Below are positions 1 to 13,974 of a DNA stretch of 64,000 bases, one piece after another. This stretch comes from Eledone cirrhosa (lineage: Eukaryota). The DNA is taken from positions 25,978,001 to 26,042,000 of the forward strand of contig OZ024764.1 of the NCBI GenBank assembly GCA_964016885.1, written 5' to 3'. Below the pieces are notes generated by a model that did not search any database, was not told where the DNA came from, and saw nothing but the letters and a program-made list of their open reading frames with translations. The translations under genes and the position numbers were made by a program. How positions within the stretch are numbered: the first letter of the stretch is position 1; every line of letters starts with the position of its first letter.

Positions 1-1324
1 TAAGACTCGTTTGATTAAAAAGCTTAATTTTTTATTTCTTTTTACTCTGACATTATTAGTTGTAGCTCTGATAAGTTTAGCTAGATTGCTAGCGTTGAAA
101 TAGTTGCGCTTTAGTTGTGATGTAGGTGTTGTAAATTCCGGCTGTAAGTCGTGGGGGTGTAGTATATTGTCATGTATGTGTACATATGTCTATGTATGTA
201 TACACGTACACATGTTGTTATTGTGTATAGTGTTTTTGTGTTTATACGTCTACAAATGTATATGCAATATTTCAATTAGCAAAGGGAGTTTACTCTTGGA
301 TATTTTAATAAAATTACGAGTTGTTTCCCCTCTTATCAGGAAATTTAGTTTGATAAAACTGAATTGTCAAGGCTGGTTGTCTCGGTCAGTGCTAAGCGTC
401 TGTTGAAGACTAGACATCGAAATTACGATATACAAGTACACACATCCATGCATGGATATGTTGTCAAGTAGCTGGCGTGTGAGAATAATGTAGATAATCA
501 AAATATATGAACACTCGCTATATTATCTCGCACTTTTATGGATATGTTTTTGCAATATAAGAATAGGAAACGAAGAAAAACTAATTCACTGAATACTGTG
601 TGATGCAGGCAAAAGATGTTGAAATTGTGCCGAATTAAGATTGAAAATTTGACCGATGTGGAGCAGCTGTGGAAAATGTGCATGATGTAGTGAAGAATGC
701 AGTCGGTAGAAAAGACATCCCCGAAAATAAACATAGAAAATAAAGTACCAGTAATACACTGGGAAATTGCTGGCCTTGTGCCAAAAGGAGAAACATTTTT
801 ATTTGAATTATTGTAAAATAAAGAAAAGTTAGGAGTAGAAAATAAAAAGGCGAATGATTCAGATGTTTATCCTGTGTTTTGTCTTTTAGTCATTTTATTT
901 CTTCATCTCATTTCATTGTATTAGAGTTTTAATTAGATATTTGTCATTATTTATTAAATCCCATTGCCAAAACAGACGCGCTTAATCTCAATTTTGATTC
1001 TAAATCACTTTGATATTAATTATCCGTTTGTTCCTTTTGTTGTTGTTGTTTTAGCCATCCGTTTATCACATAATGACAGCAATAACAACTGAGATAACAT
1101 AAAAACAAGAATGTGACTTGTATATTTTTGGGTGGTGCTGGAGCTCTCAAAGAAAATCTTCAGGGAATCTTGGAGAAATGTCGTGCCCAATCAAAGTAAC
1201 AACTTAGGATACGACTTACCCCCCAAATAACCCGGGAGGTGTGGAGTCTACAGTAATATACTACTTTCAAAGTGTAAGATACACGCTAGAATTGCGTGCA
1301 TGCAGGCATTACATAAATTTGTTA

Positions 1325-1372
<48 letters not shown>

Positions 1373-1563
1373 CAACTCGCTTTCCACTGATTGACCTCGA
1401 TGTCACGTGATTGATTCTTTTTGAATTTGCCACGGACGTAGAGACAGTGATTTTCTCAATGGCTAGGATTTCAGTCCACGCTTCGCTATTTCCTCTCCAC
1501 TGAATTATTTTTTTAATAAGTTTCCAGAGTCCTCGCTATGCCTGGAAACTTACATGAAAAGAG

Positions 1564-1645
1564 ACTTTCCTGACGACGGAATGCTTTTCTGTATGTTCTT
1601 CGGAAAATATATTTACTCCATTCCAGAAACTAATTAGTTGGAAGT
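1564..1645 (+). ncRNA. Type I hammerhead ribozyme motif
   Basis: actttc-CTGACGA-stem II (ggaatg...cattcc, long loop)-GAAA-ctaatta-GTT-ggaagt. Stem I is actttc/ggaagt with one G-U; stem III is the palindrome ACTAATTAGT; predicted cut after GUU (1639). The first stem II pair is a C-A mismatch. Lies between (TA)n tracts. Confidence 0.7.
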
Positions 1646-1705
1646 GATATTTTAGTAAGTCAATTTTAAAATTTTTTTATAATTTTATAATTTTCTTATC
1701 TTACG

Positions 1706-1777
<72 letters not shown>

Positions 1778-1778
<1 letters not shown>

Positions 1779-1965
1779 TTGTTTCTACTTTAGGCACAAG
1801 GCCAGCAATTATCCAGTGCATTACTGGTACTTTATTTTATCGACCCCGTAAGGATGAAAGGCAAAGTCAACCTCGGCGGGATTTGAACTCAGATCGTAAA
1901 GGGACGTAACTATGCTGGAAAGCATGGCGTCCGACCCTCTACCGATACTGCCAATCCACCGCCCT
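1778..1965 (-). mobile_element. tRNA-derived SINE, family A
   Basis: Minus strand has A-box tggcagtatcggtagag and B-box gagttcaaatcc. Shares body (ggtcgataaaataaagtaccag) and end (gtagaaacaatt) with about 10 other copies in the window. Confidence 0.85.
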
Positions 1966-3157
1966 AGGGAGATTTTACATAATGAAATCTATAGCTCTAT
2001 ATAAGAGAGGACATCACAGGAACACAGTATTAATGATATCAACAGAAGCAGGTTAGTTGTTGATCACTTTGTTTTGAAGACAGTGAGCGAAGTTTGGAAT
2101 TTAGTAGAAATAGAAGCTTTTGCTGTATTTTTGACTAAAGAAATTAGTCTGGTAGTGGGGTTTAAACCCTCTAAAAAATGGAAAAGGATGAGTGTTGACA
2201 TACATGGGAGTCGAACCCACATATTTGGTTATATGTCAATGTTCGTCCCTTTCCATTTAAAGGATTTTAAACCCCACTATCAGGCTAATTTCTTTAGTCA
2301 AAATACAGCGAAAGTTTCTATTTCTACTAAATTTTTATAATTCATCTATTTAGATACTCAGTCCATGCCTAGCTTAAATGACTTTGGTTAACAAAATGTC
2401 TTCTTACAAAGTATTTAATTCTATTGACTCAAGTAACATATATCGTAATTATGTTGAATCCAGTTAGTAAAGTAATTTACCACTTTCAAGCCAGACAGTC
2501 AATTATTTTCGTTTAAATGTCTTAGTTTTAGTTTCACAAATACTACTGCACGTTCTCAACAGATTATAGCCAATCCTTTTTGTGAAATGAGTTAGAAGCA
2601 TGTGCCAAGTGGTAAAACAAAACAATGATTTATCTAATTTTGTGTTTATGTGGGGGCCTTGTTCATAAATCTAATTTAAATAATGATACATGTAAATGAT
2701 ACAACTAAATCTATTTGTAATCTTAGTTGTTAAATTAATCATAACAAATTGTGTCTTGAGCCCTGCACGTTTAACTCCACTTAAAGAAATGTCTGTGGCT
2801 ACTAATAAACAATCCTATTTTGTATTACAAACATATATTTGCTTATTATACCCAATGAGTTCCCTGCTTATCTGAAAGATTAAAACCTCTAAATCAATGC
2901 ACAGTTTCCCCCTTTCAGTCAACACTGTATCAGCAATCTGTGACTGAACCCTTCTAATACCAACCTCCCCAGAACCACCTTTGGTTCTATGAAACAATAC
3001 CACTATTTTAAAGGATTCCTATTTCAGTTAACCTGTTGACTGCTGCGTATATTTTACACAGCTACAGTTGCTGTGCTGGGGGGGGGGGGGGGGGGTCCAG
3101 TAAAATGACTATTTTGATTGACAAACGTCACATCAATAAACTATTAACCCCATCTAG

Positions 3158-3262
3158 CTTTGAAGTTATGAACTGTTGGAAACGAGTTCACAACTTTGAA
3201 ATTATGAACTGTTGGAAACAAGTTCACAACTTTGAAGTTATGAACTGTTGGAAACAAGTTCA
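3158..3262. repeat. 30-bp tandem repeat, about 3.5 copies
   Basis: ctttgaagttatgaactgttggaaacaagttcacaa-like unit repeated; gives the NFEVMNCWKQVH periodicity in the ORF track. Confidence 0.85.
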
Positions 3263-3930
3263 AACATGTTAGGGCAAGTTATCTCGTCCGTGGCACTGGT
3301 ATACATACATGTTAGGATGAGTTATCTTGTCTACAGCACTGAAGAGGTTAAAACCTTCCAAGATATATTTTTATCTTTTGTTAAATTATGTTAGGCAGCA
3401 AATTGGCTGAATTGTTAGAATGTCAGATAGAATGGTTTGTGGTATTTGTTCTGGTTCTCTGCTCTCTCAGTTCAACTCCTCATGTATGTCTCCTCACATT
3501 TCTTCAAAGCTACAGGAATAAGCATGAAAATCTAGCTTTCTTGACCAGAAAGTTATTATTGAGGAGGTACTTAGATAGTGACTAATATCACCACTTAGCC
3601 TTTGGCTGCTTTTAAGCATCCAAATCAGGTCTCTGGTTTGAAGATACATTGCTCCCTACTTCTCACAAGTCTTTTGGGGCGCTGAAAAGGGCCATGGACA
3701 TGGCCCTCCCTCCTGACCAAGAGATTAAAAAAATCAAACTCCTCAATTTTAAGAAATGACAATAATCAAAATAATATGTATCACTAAATTCAAAGATGTT
3801 CATGTAAAATTGAAAAAAACCAATTCAGAAAAATATATATACAATCCATTAGATTAGGATAGCCATGTTAGTTTATCAAGTGAATTGATATTGCAGTTAT
3901 GAACCTGCTTGAATTGAACAGCAAAATTAA

Positions 3931-4156
3931 CCCTTTGGCATTCACATTACTCTATATATACTATTATATTTTCATGGTAAAGGCTTTACCTCACATAATA
4001 TCGAATCTATGAGATTTTGAAAGTATTTATTTTGAGAATAAACATTATATAAACATTAAATCCCTTAACATCAGTTTGAGCGACCAGTTACTGCCAGTTT
4101 CAACAGAAAGAGGTAGAGAATTCTAGCCAGTTTTGGCCAGTTTGAACATTAAAGGG
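3931..4156 (-). mobile_element. piggyBac-like MITE
   Basis: TTAA at 3927-3930 and 4157-4160; ends ccctttggcatt / aacattaaaggg. Body is the reverse complement of the copies at 4184 and 13556. Confidence 0.75.
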
Positions 4157-4183
4157 TTAAAGGCAGACAATGATTCTTTTTAA

Positions 4184-4653
4184 TTCTTTAGCATTTAAAT
4201 AGGCCGTATCCAGTCAGAATTTTCTCACCTTCTGCTCAAACCAGCTGCCCATACCGATGTTAAAATATTGTTCTCAAAACAAATAACAAAATCTCGTAGA
4301 TTCAATATTATGTGAGATAAAGTGTTTAGTGTGAAAATACAATAGTAAATATAGAGTAATGTAAATACTAAAGGGTTAAATGGGCTGTATCCAGCCAGGA
4401 TTCTCTCACCTCTTTCTGTTTAAACCAGCCTTATCCAGCCAGAATTCTCTCACCTCTTTCTATTTAAACCAGCCGTATCCAGCCAGAATTCTCTCGCCTC
4501 TTTCTGTTTAAACCAGCCACTCATACTGACATTGAGATATTGTTCTCAAAATAAATATCATCATCAAAATTTTGTAGATTTAATATTATGTGAGATAAAG
4601 CCTTTATAGTGAAAATACAATAGTAAATATAGAGTAATGTAAATGGTAAAGAG
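4184..4653 (+). mobile_element. Two head-to-tail piggyBac-like MITE copies; second has an internal triplication
   Basis: ttaa-ttctttagcatt...atactaaaggg-ttaa (to 4379), then a second copy ending gtaaagag-ttaa (4657) with three copies of the gtatccagccagaattctctcacctctttctgtttaaaccagc segment. Confidence 0.7.
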
Positions 4654-4752
4654 TTAATATAATGTACTACTTAATATATCTGTATTTTTCACTCAGAATA
4701 ATGTCTAAGGGAGATAAATATATAGAGCTAGTTTTTCAAAAGAAATTTACAA

Positions 4753-5799
4753 TCTATATCTATATATATAAAACTGTGGTTGTCTGTCTGTCTATCGATT
4801 TTTGGCACACATCTCCTCTTAGAATCTCTCACGGAATTGCACCGAAATTGCTATACTTGTACATTGAGCCCTAGCGAAGACATCGGAAAAAAAAAATTTC
4901 AAATTGACCCACCCTATGTGACGAAATCGAATATAATGTATCGATTTTTGAGCGTAAGTTATCAGTTATTTCCCTTTGTTCTGTTTACATTGAGCGTCTT
5001 ACGTAAAAAATTACGCTGGCTTTAACAGTTGTCGAGCCAGCAAAATATTGACCTGCAAAATTCATCAGTTCGAACACTAAGCTTCCGTTTTGCTTCATTT
5101 CCATTTAAAAGCATTTTAAAACAATATTTTTACTTGAAAACAAGTCTATTTAAAGACTACGTAAAACAAGCAAATATTTCGTCGTTAGGCGTGCAGACAG
5201 ACAGTCGTGCAGAGAGGTGATATAGGCGTGCAGACAGACAGTCGTGCAGAGAGGTGATATAGGCGTGCAGACAGACAGTCGTGCAGAGAGGTGATATAGG
5301 CGTGCAGACAGCAGTCGTGCAGAGAGGTGATATACGCGTGCAGACAGATAGTCGTGCAGAGAGGTGATATACGCGTGCAGACAGATAGTCGTGCAGAGAG
5401 GTGATATAGGCGTGCAGACAGTCGTGCAGAGAGGTGATATAGGCGTGCAGACAGACAGTCGTGCAGAGAGGTGATATAGACGTGCAGACAGACATAACTG
5501 ATAATTTGGTTACGCTAATGTTTTTCTCTGCGTTGCAGTGTTTACATTTTCGATCTTTGTTAATAAATAACCAGTGCAGTTTCTATCCCCAGCATCCTCT
5601 TTTGTTATAACATTCGGGTTATCGTTATGTTTTCTTAACTTCATAAGGCATATTGTTGGTTGAGGGAATATTAATCAAAAACACCACATGCAAGTCTGCA
5701 CAGTAGACACTACAGTTTTTAAGCCAAGAAAGAAACTTAACATTGTAACTTTAACACAGCTACTGAGCGACCCCGAGCAACGCCGGGCTTTACTGCTAG
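4753..5799 (+). mobile_element. Non-autonomous Helitron
   Basis: 5' TC (tctatatctatatatataaaa...gtctgtctgtc). 3' hairpin cccg-agcaacgc-cggg followed by CTAG (5796-5799). Flanked by A and T with no TSD; carries an internal minisatellite. Confidence 0.8.
5186..5495. repeat. 37-bp minisatellite inside the Helitron
   Basis: taggcgtgcagacagacagtcgtgcagagaggtgata, about 8.5 copies. Confidence 0.95.
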
Positions 5800-5898
5800 T
5801 ATAAATTAAAATTGCACTATTTTTTTCACATAACATGAACATTTTAATTCATGTCGATTAAAAACAAAAGTAAATTTCGCACTGCAAACTTACTGTAG

Positions 5899-6500
5899 CA
5901 TCATCATCATTTTACTTATGCTTTTCAAAACTTGCATCGGTTGGATCGATTTTCTCAAGCACAATTTACCCTCACTTGTGTTCTTTCATTATCTCCTCTA
6001 AGAGGTTCAGCATTTTGTGCCCAGGTTTCCCTCTTCTGCAGCTTCCTTCCACTGGGAACACTTGGGACTTCTTCACCTAATAATCTTCATCCATATGCAT
6101 CACATGTCCACACCAATGCAGTCTTCTCTTTTGTACACTACATCTAATTCCTCTCATGCCCAGTTTTTCCTTCAGCTTGTCTATGCTTCATTGTTCAAGC
6201 ACACCAACATTAAACATTCAGTGAAGCACGCTAGGCTTTGCACATCCTCTGTATTCAATGCCCATACCTCACTACCATACAACTTTTCACTATGTACTCA
6301 GGCATCATACAGCCAGCTTTTCATTTATAGATAGAAACCATTTGTTATCAACAGATGTAGTGGCTCACTGAACTTCTTCCATCTTGTTCTTGTTCCAGAT
6401 ATTATATTATCAGAACATCTTCCGTCACTGCTAATTAGGCCATCTAGGTAACAGAATCTCTCAACTACTTCTATAGTACCTTCCTGTGATTGGAAAAAGT
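5899..6500 (-). mobile_element. Degenerate RTE-clade LINE 3' fragment
   Basis: Minus ORF EVVERFCYLDGLISSDGRCSDNIISGTRTRWKKFSEPLHLL resembles the RTE RT thumb (F.YLG...R...W.KF.EL.PLL); (GAT)n tail at about 5899-5910. Confidence 0.7.
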
Positions 6501-6572
6501 ATATTCCACTGTGATTATTATTACCAACTCTCTCTCTACATCTACCATATATAAAATCTATCTTTTTTGTCA

Positions 6573-7810
6573 ACCTGTCTGCTATCCCACTCTTGTGTAC
6601 CCATATTTTACATTGGGTACATCACATAGAGCTCATAACCTGTCTGCTATCCCATTCTTGTGTACCCATATTTTACACTGGGTACATCATATAGAGTTCC
6701 TACCTGTCTGCTATCCCATTCTTGTGTACCCATATTTTACACTGGGTACATCATATAGAGTTCCTACCTGTCTGCTATCCCATTCTTGTGTACCCATATT
6801 TTACACTGGGTACATCACATAGAGCTCATAACCTGTCTGCTATCCCATTCTTGTGTACCCTATTTTTACATTGGGTACATCACATAGAGCTCATAACCTG
6901 TCTGCTATCCCACTCTTGTGTACCCTATTTTTACATTGGGTACATCACATAGAGCTCATAACCTGTCTGCTATCCCACTCTTGTGTACCCTATTTTTACA
7001 TTGGGTACATCACATGGAGCTCATAACCTGTCTGCTATCCCACTCTTGTGTACCCTATTTTTACATTGGGTACATCACATGGAGCTCATAACCTGTCTGC
7101 TATCCCACTCTTGTGTACCCTATTTTTACATTGGGTACATCACATAGAGCTCATAACCTGTCTGCTATCCCATTCTTGTATACCCATATTTTACACTGGG
7201 TACATCACATAGAGCTCATAACCTGTCTGCTATCCCATTCTTGTGTACCCATATTTTACACTGGGTACATCATATAGAGTTCCTACCTGTCTGCTATCCC
7301 ATTCTTGTATACCCATATTTTACACTGGGTACATCACATAGAGCTCATAACCTGTCTGCTATCCCATTCTTGTGTACCCTATTTTTACATTGGGTACATC
7401 ACATAGAGCTCATAACCTGTCTGCTATCCCACTCTTGTGTACCCTATTTTTACATTGGGTACATCACATAGAGCTCATAACCTGTCTGCTATCCCACTCT
7501 TGTGTACCCTATTTTTACATTGGGTACATCACATGGAGCTCATAACCTGTCTGCTATCCCACTCTTGTGTACCCTATTTTTACATTGGGTACATCACATA
7601 GAGCTCATAACCTGTCTGCTATCCCATTCTTGTATACCCATATTTTACACTTGGTACATCACATAGAGCTCTTAACCTGTCTGCTATCCCATTCTTGTGT
7701 ACCCATATTTTACACTGGGTACATCACATGGAGTTCCTACCTGTCTGCTATCCCACTCTTGTATACCCATATTTCACATTGGGTACATCATTTAGGGTTC
7801 CTATCTATTC
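6573..7810. repeat. 65-bp minisatellite, about 19 copies
   Basis: acctgtctgctatcccactcttgtgtacccatattttacattgggtacatcacatagagctcata. Identical ORFs at 6722 and 7241 reveal a 519-bp (8-unit) higher-order repeat. Confidence 0.95.
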
Positions 7811-8109
7811 CTTTTCTACATAAGGAACCTGATGAGAGCACTGATCAGTCTTTTTCACTTTTCTACTTATTAATAGAACTGTAGAATTTATGTACATCTC
7901 TGTTGAATAGTAAATGTCTGTTTTGCTCTCATATACTCACAAATACAGATGTCTTTGCTTTATTTATTGTATGCAACACTGTGCTAATAAAACCTGACAA
8001 ACCTGACCTGTGAATATCTCAAAGTTAAACCTATCCCCTCCATTCAAAATAATGTCAGGGTTATCATATGAAAAGGGAAACATTTAACAATCAAATATTC
8101 ATTTTTAGT

Positions 8110-8450
8110 GCGCCGATACTATGGACATGTGGTTAGAATGTCTCAGGAAAGAATCACAGCAGTCACTCCAGGTAGAGCCACTACTTCTCCGAATTAAGAG
8201 ATCACAGCTCCGATACTATGGACATGGGGTTAGAATGTCTCAGGAAAGAATTGCTGGACAGATTTTATGGGCAAAACCAGCTGGTAGGAGACCCAGGGGT
8301 ACACCCCGAGCAAGACGGTTGGATAACATCCATGAGCTTGACTGGTCACGTTTGGGAATCCAGCTGGATCTGTTGGAGACAGGAATAAATGTTTGAGGAC
8401 TCTGCCTCCAGGCCTTCTCAGGAATAAGTGGGCAAAGAAGAAGAAAAAGA
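8110..8450 (+). mobile_element. RTE-clade LINE 3' fragment
   Basis: RSQLRYYGHGVRMSQERIAGQILWAKPAGRRPRGTPRARRLDNI matches the RTE ORF2 C-terminus (LRW.GHV.RM...RPRGRP..RW.D). Short internal duplication 8113-8160 / 8210-8255. Confidence 0.75.
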
Positions 8451-8489
8451 TGTTTGAAATCATTCTAATTTGTACATAGTATTTTCCAG

Positions 8490-8945
8490 ATCTATGAAGT
8501 CCAGGGTCTCCAAGGCTACTGTCAAGGTCATTTTGCTATATAGTTCAGAGTCCTAGATTCTCAGTGTTGCTTGCTCAAGAAAACTTGATTCCTACACCAA
8601 AATGTCATGTGTGGTGTTCAACATTTTGTGGCAGAGTCGAACTAACAACAAAGTTCTTTGTAGTGCCCAGCCACAAGTTTCACTGTATGTTCGATCTCAA
8701 CACTTGGCTCTAGCTGGTCATGTTTCCCGCCATAATGAACCTGCAGGGAATCTGCTTCTCTGGTTGGTCACCAGTTACAAAGAGCCAAGTAGTACGTCCA
8801 AGCATAACCATCAGGAGTGTGTTGGCAAGGGACACTGGCCCTCACTGGAGAAGATCTTCTTGCTGCAATGAGAGATCAGGAAGTCTGGAACAAGAGGTTT
8901 GTGTATGCTTCACCTTTGATGAAGGGATGACTCTAGAAGAAGACG
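8490..8945 (+). mobile_element. Degenerate RTE/RTEX-like LINE 3' fragment
   Basis: Broken frames read LLYSSES*...LDS and RSQHLALAGHVSRHNEPAGNLLLW, similar to the element at 58885-59505. Confidence 0.6.
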
Positions 8946-9904
8946 ACAAACATATTCCAGCATAGACAAAATAAATGTAGAACACACTGAAAATAAAAGT
9001 TAAACATTTACAAATGGTAGCAAAGAAAGCAAAGAACAAAAAGATTTTTGTTGTTTTTAAGTTGAAAAGATTTATATATATAGAGATATATCTTTTATCA
9101 TTTTTTTTTTTTTCAGTATTTCAAGTTTATTGTTCAGGTAACCTGAATTTTTTAAATATATATATATAAATAAATATATAGTTCAAGAGAACTAGGATAG
9201 TTGGATACGAAAACAAACACAACAGGATTGGGTTGGAAAACGATGGCTGTTCAAATTATAAAATACATTAAAAAAAAAAAAAAAAAAAAAAAACACTTTT
9301 TTTTTTATATTTCTCCCAATGATAAAAAATATAAGTTCACTAGAACTCCATTTATCCCAGAACTATATATATGTACATTGATGTGACCATAGAGGAAAAC
9401 TATTAACAAGTCTTACAAATACAGAGAAAACAAAAGAGCAATAGAACAGTTGACATTTTTTCCAATAGAAAACACTTTAAAAAATACAAGTGTAAATGAT
9501 GATTACAATGATAACTGTGTGTGTGTGTGTATACGTGTGTGTGTGTGTGTATATATGTTTGTGTGTATACATGTATGTGTGTGTGTATACATTTGTATCT
9601 ATATATACATGTGTGTGTGTGTATACAGGTAGGTCTGTACACATGAATGTGTGTATACATGAATGTATTCAAATGTGTGCATGCATGTGTGTGTGTTTGT
9701 GTGTGTGTGTGTGTATACATGTATGATGTATACATGGGTGTGTGTGTCTGTGTGCATACATGTGTGTGTATACATGTATGTGTGTATACATGAATATATA
9801 CATGTGTTGTATACATGGTTTGTCGTATTTCTAAATATTGATGAAATATATATTTATATCGAATTGAGATTGAATACTTACATAATCAGACATACCATGA
9901 TGAT

Positions 9905-11185
9905 ATTAAGACATATAGTCTATGTCAGATACTTATATTAAGACATATATAGTCTATGTCAGATACTTATATTAAGACATATATAGTCTATCTCAGATAC
10001 TTATATTAAGACATATATAGTCTATGTCAGATACTTATATTAAGACATATATAGTCTATGTCAGATACTTATATTAAGACATATATAGTCTATGTCAGAT
10101 ACTTATATTAAGACATATACAGTCTATCTCAGATACTTATATTAAGACATATATAGTCTATCTCAGATACTTATATTAAGACATATATAGTCTATCTCAG
10201 ATACTTATATTAAGACATATATAGTCTATCTCAGATACTTATATTAAGACATATATAGTCTATCTCAGATACTTATATTAAGACATATAGTCTATGTCAG
10301 ATACTTATATTAAGACATATATAGTCTATGTCAGATACTTATATTAAGACATATATAGTCTATGTCAGATACTTATATTAAGACATATATAGTCTATGTC
10401 AGATACTTATATTAAGACATATATAGTCTATGTCAGATACTTATATTAAGACATATATAGTCTATGTCAGATACTTATATTAAGACATATATAGTCTATC
10501 TCAGATACTTATATTAAGACATATATAGTCTATCTCAGATACTTATATTAAGACATATAGTCTATGTCAGATACTTATATTAAGACATATATAGTCTATG
10601 TCAGATACTTATATTAAGACATATAGTCTATGTCAGATACTTATATTAAGACATATATAGTCTATGTCAGATACTTATATTAAGACATATATAGTCTATG
10701 TCAGATACTTATATTAAGACATATATAGTCTATGTCAGATACTTATATTAAGACATATATAGTCTATGTCAGATACTTATATTAAGACATATATAGTCTA
10801 TGTCAGATACTTATATTAAGACATATATAGTCTATCTCAGATACTTATATTAAGACATACAGTCTATCTCAGATACTTATATTAAGACATATATAGTCTA
10901 TCTCAGATACTTATATTAAGACATATAGTCTATGTCAGATACTTATATTAAGACATATATAGTCTATGTCAGATACTTATATTAAGACATATATAGTCTA
11001 TGTCAGATACTTATATTAAGACATATATAGTCTATGTCAGATACTTATATTAAGACATATATAGTCTATGTCAGATACTTATATTAAGACATATATAGTC
11101 TATCTCAGATACTTATATTAAGACATATATAGTCTATCTCAGATACTTATATTAAGAGATATATAGTCTATCTCAGATACTTATG
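9905..11185. repeat. 34-bp minisatellite with 32-bp variants, about 38 copies
   Basis: attaagacatatatagtctat(g/c)tcagatacttat, near-identical copies. Confidence 0.97.
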
Positions 11186-11384
11186 TTATTAGAACTTTTT
11201 TTTTTTAGATTTAATACAGCAATAAGTTACTAAAATAAATGAGGATCTTGAAGATGGTAGATTATATACATCAGGAAATATTCATAAAAAATAATCTACT
11301 TGACAGTATTCAATGGGTACATCAAATCAGTCGACTGGTTAGCCTGGTCAGAGCTGTGTCGGTTTTATCTCAATTACCCCTGGC

Positions 11385-11990
11385 AGCAAATATGTTTCAC
11401 CCTTGACCCATCTCAGACAGCTCTGTAGGGGACAATATTTTTCACGCTCGACCCCATCTCAGACAGCTAATAGGGTGACAATATATTCCACCCTCGACCC
11501 CATCTCAGACAGCTAAGAGGGTGACAATATATTCCACCCTCGACCCCATCTCAGACAGCTAAGAGAGTGACAATATATTCCACCCTCGACCCCATCTCAG
11601 ACAGCTAAGAGAGTGACAATATATTCCACCCTTGACCCCCATCTCAGACAGCTAAGAGGGTGACAATATATTCCACCCTTGACCCCATCTCAGACAGCTA
11701 AGAGAGTGACAATATATTCCACCCTTGACCCCCATCTCAGACAGCTAAGAGGGTGACAATATATTCCACCCTTGACCCCATCTCAGACAGCTAAGAGAGT
11801 GACAATATATTCCACCCTTGACCCCATCTCAGACAGCTAAGAGGGTGACAATATATTCCACCCTTGACCCCATCTCAGACAGCTAAGAGGGTGACAATAT
11901 ATTCCACCCTTGACCCCATCTCAGACAGCTAAGAGAGTGACAATATATTCCACCCTCGACCCCATCTCAGACAGCTAAGTGGGTGACTGG
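11385..11990. repeat. 46-bp minisatellite, about 13 copies
   Basis: gtgacaatatattccaccctcgaccccatctcagacagctaagagg; the flanks 11345-11420 and 11988-12070 are copies of each other. Confidence 0.95.
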
Positions 11991-13555
11991 TCAGAGCTCT
12001 GCTGGTTTTATCTCAATTATCCCTGGCAACAAATACGCTTCGCCCTCAACCCATCTTAGACAGTTATCTGGGTGACTCAAACAACCCTCATAGGCACATT
12101 ATTCACACAAAAAAACACTAAAACTTCCCAGAAGTCCACCCACAACTGTTCTTAGGTAGTACAAGCAAAGGACACCAACTACAATCTTGAAGACAGCCAC
12201 CCTCCACCATACCTGTAAGACTATTATGAAAGAAGCAAAGGATGTCTTTGTACACTGTACAGTCTGCAAGCTTTTCCACCTCAGAAATTACAGCAGAGCC
12301 TTTAACTAAACACACACTCAAGTCCTTTCTCTCTGGAACTTGTCCCTTCTAGAAGCCACGGTAAACACAAACTCCAGAACTTATTCCTTCTAGAACCTGT
12401 ACTAAACACATACTCCAGTCCTTTCTCACTGGAACTTATCCATCTAAAAATCCCCCACTGCCTAGATTTTCCCTACCTTAACATTGACTGAAAAGTCTTA
12501 CTGGTCTGGGAGGGACTGCCCAGATTGTAGACTCTGACTCATCTCCTGATTATTATTATTATTATTATTATCCCCTACATGTCGGCCCTTGTGACCAATA
12601 AATGAAATCATTATTATTATTATTATTAATGAACAAAGGCAAAGTTAATCCTGCCGAGGTTAACTTTGCCTTTCATCCTTACGGGGTCGATAAAATAAAG
12701 TACCAGTAATACACTGGGTATTTGCTGGCCGTGTGCCAAAAGTAGAAACAATTATTATTAATGAACAAACAGAACCAGTTAAAATAAAAAAATAACTTTT
12801 ATGACGAATTAAATAATGTCTTGCTATGGGAAAATAGAATGAATCCTTCAAAAGATGACCTTAAGAGGTTTCTTCTAAAAAAAAAACTTTAAATTTTGTC
12901 AGAAATGAAAAACAATTGAAACTAAAAACTGAAGTCAAGGGAGGTAACTATTGCAACTAAAATGATGTATCACTGAGAATTATTATGTTTTATAAATTGA
13001 ACGATTAACAGTCATTTTTGTTTAGTTTATCTACCTAAGTTTTAGGCTCTACAAACTTTAAGATGTTTTATAGTCTTTAGCAGTGATGAAAGGGTTAGAT
13101 AAAGTAACCATAGATTTATTCATTATCTGCAGTTAGAGAGAACATTACAAGCATACCTCATTTTGTAACTTTTGTTACCAACAACTGACTTTACACTCTC
13201 TGTTTTGATATTTTAATCTTTAGCACACTGAATTATTTTATGAATTGCTTCCCTTGACAATGTATTAAGGGGGAGATTACTCTATCAGTCTAGAGCACCC
13301 ACCCAGAAAGTTAATGTGTTAGCAATCAATATGAAGAGTTCATCTTTGTAGCTATAATATTAAAATATGATGATTTCATTTTTTTTGTATTCATAAAACT
13401 ATTTCTAAAGCCCCAAAGGATATTATTTATAATTTCAAATCTAGGCACACAGCCAGCAATTTATGGAGGAGAAAGTCGATTGTATCAACCCTATTCAATA
13501 TATTATTGCACTGAACTACATTATGCACACACAGACACACCATTTTGTTAATCAA

Positions 13556-13763
13556 CCCATTAGCATTTAAACCGGGCATATCTGGCCAGAATTCTCTCAC
13601 CTCTTTCTGTTCAAACCGGCTGTAACCGGCCACTCATCCTTATGTTAAGATATTGTTTTCAAAATAAATAATATCAAAATCTCATAGATTCAATATTATG
13701 TGAGATAAAGTGTTTACCATGAAAATACAATAGTATATACAGACCAACGTAAATACTAAAGGG
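13556..13763 (+). mobile_element. piggyBac-like MITE, same family as 3931/4184
   Basis: tcaa-cccattagcatt...atactaaaggg-ttaa; body matches 4184-4375. Confidence 0.75.
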
Positions 13764-13974
13764 TTAACCATGTTTAATGTTGTCTTGTTTTGTTTGTTGT
13801 TGTTTTGTATAGAACAATATGAAAATCAGAACTGAACCAAAAGAGTATAAATGCTGACTATTGAGGAAGAGTTTGGTATTAAAAAGAAACATTTATGACA
13901 ATAAAGACTAAAAACAATTTTAGATTCCCCTGAATTTAAATAAAAAACGAATTGATAGACAAGGTCCCAGACCT

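Noticed and set aside
395-440. HHR-like CTGTTGA...GAAA
   Set aside because: A6 is mutated, stem II is weak and stem I does not pair.
9905-11990. Regular 34-bp and 46-bp arrays as CRISPR
   Set aside because: Units are contiguous with no unique spacers, there are no cas genes, and the context is eukaryotic.
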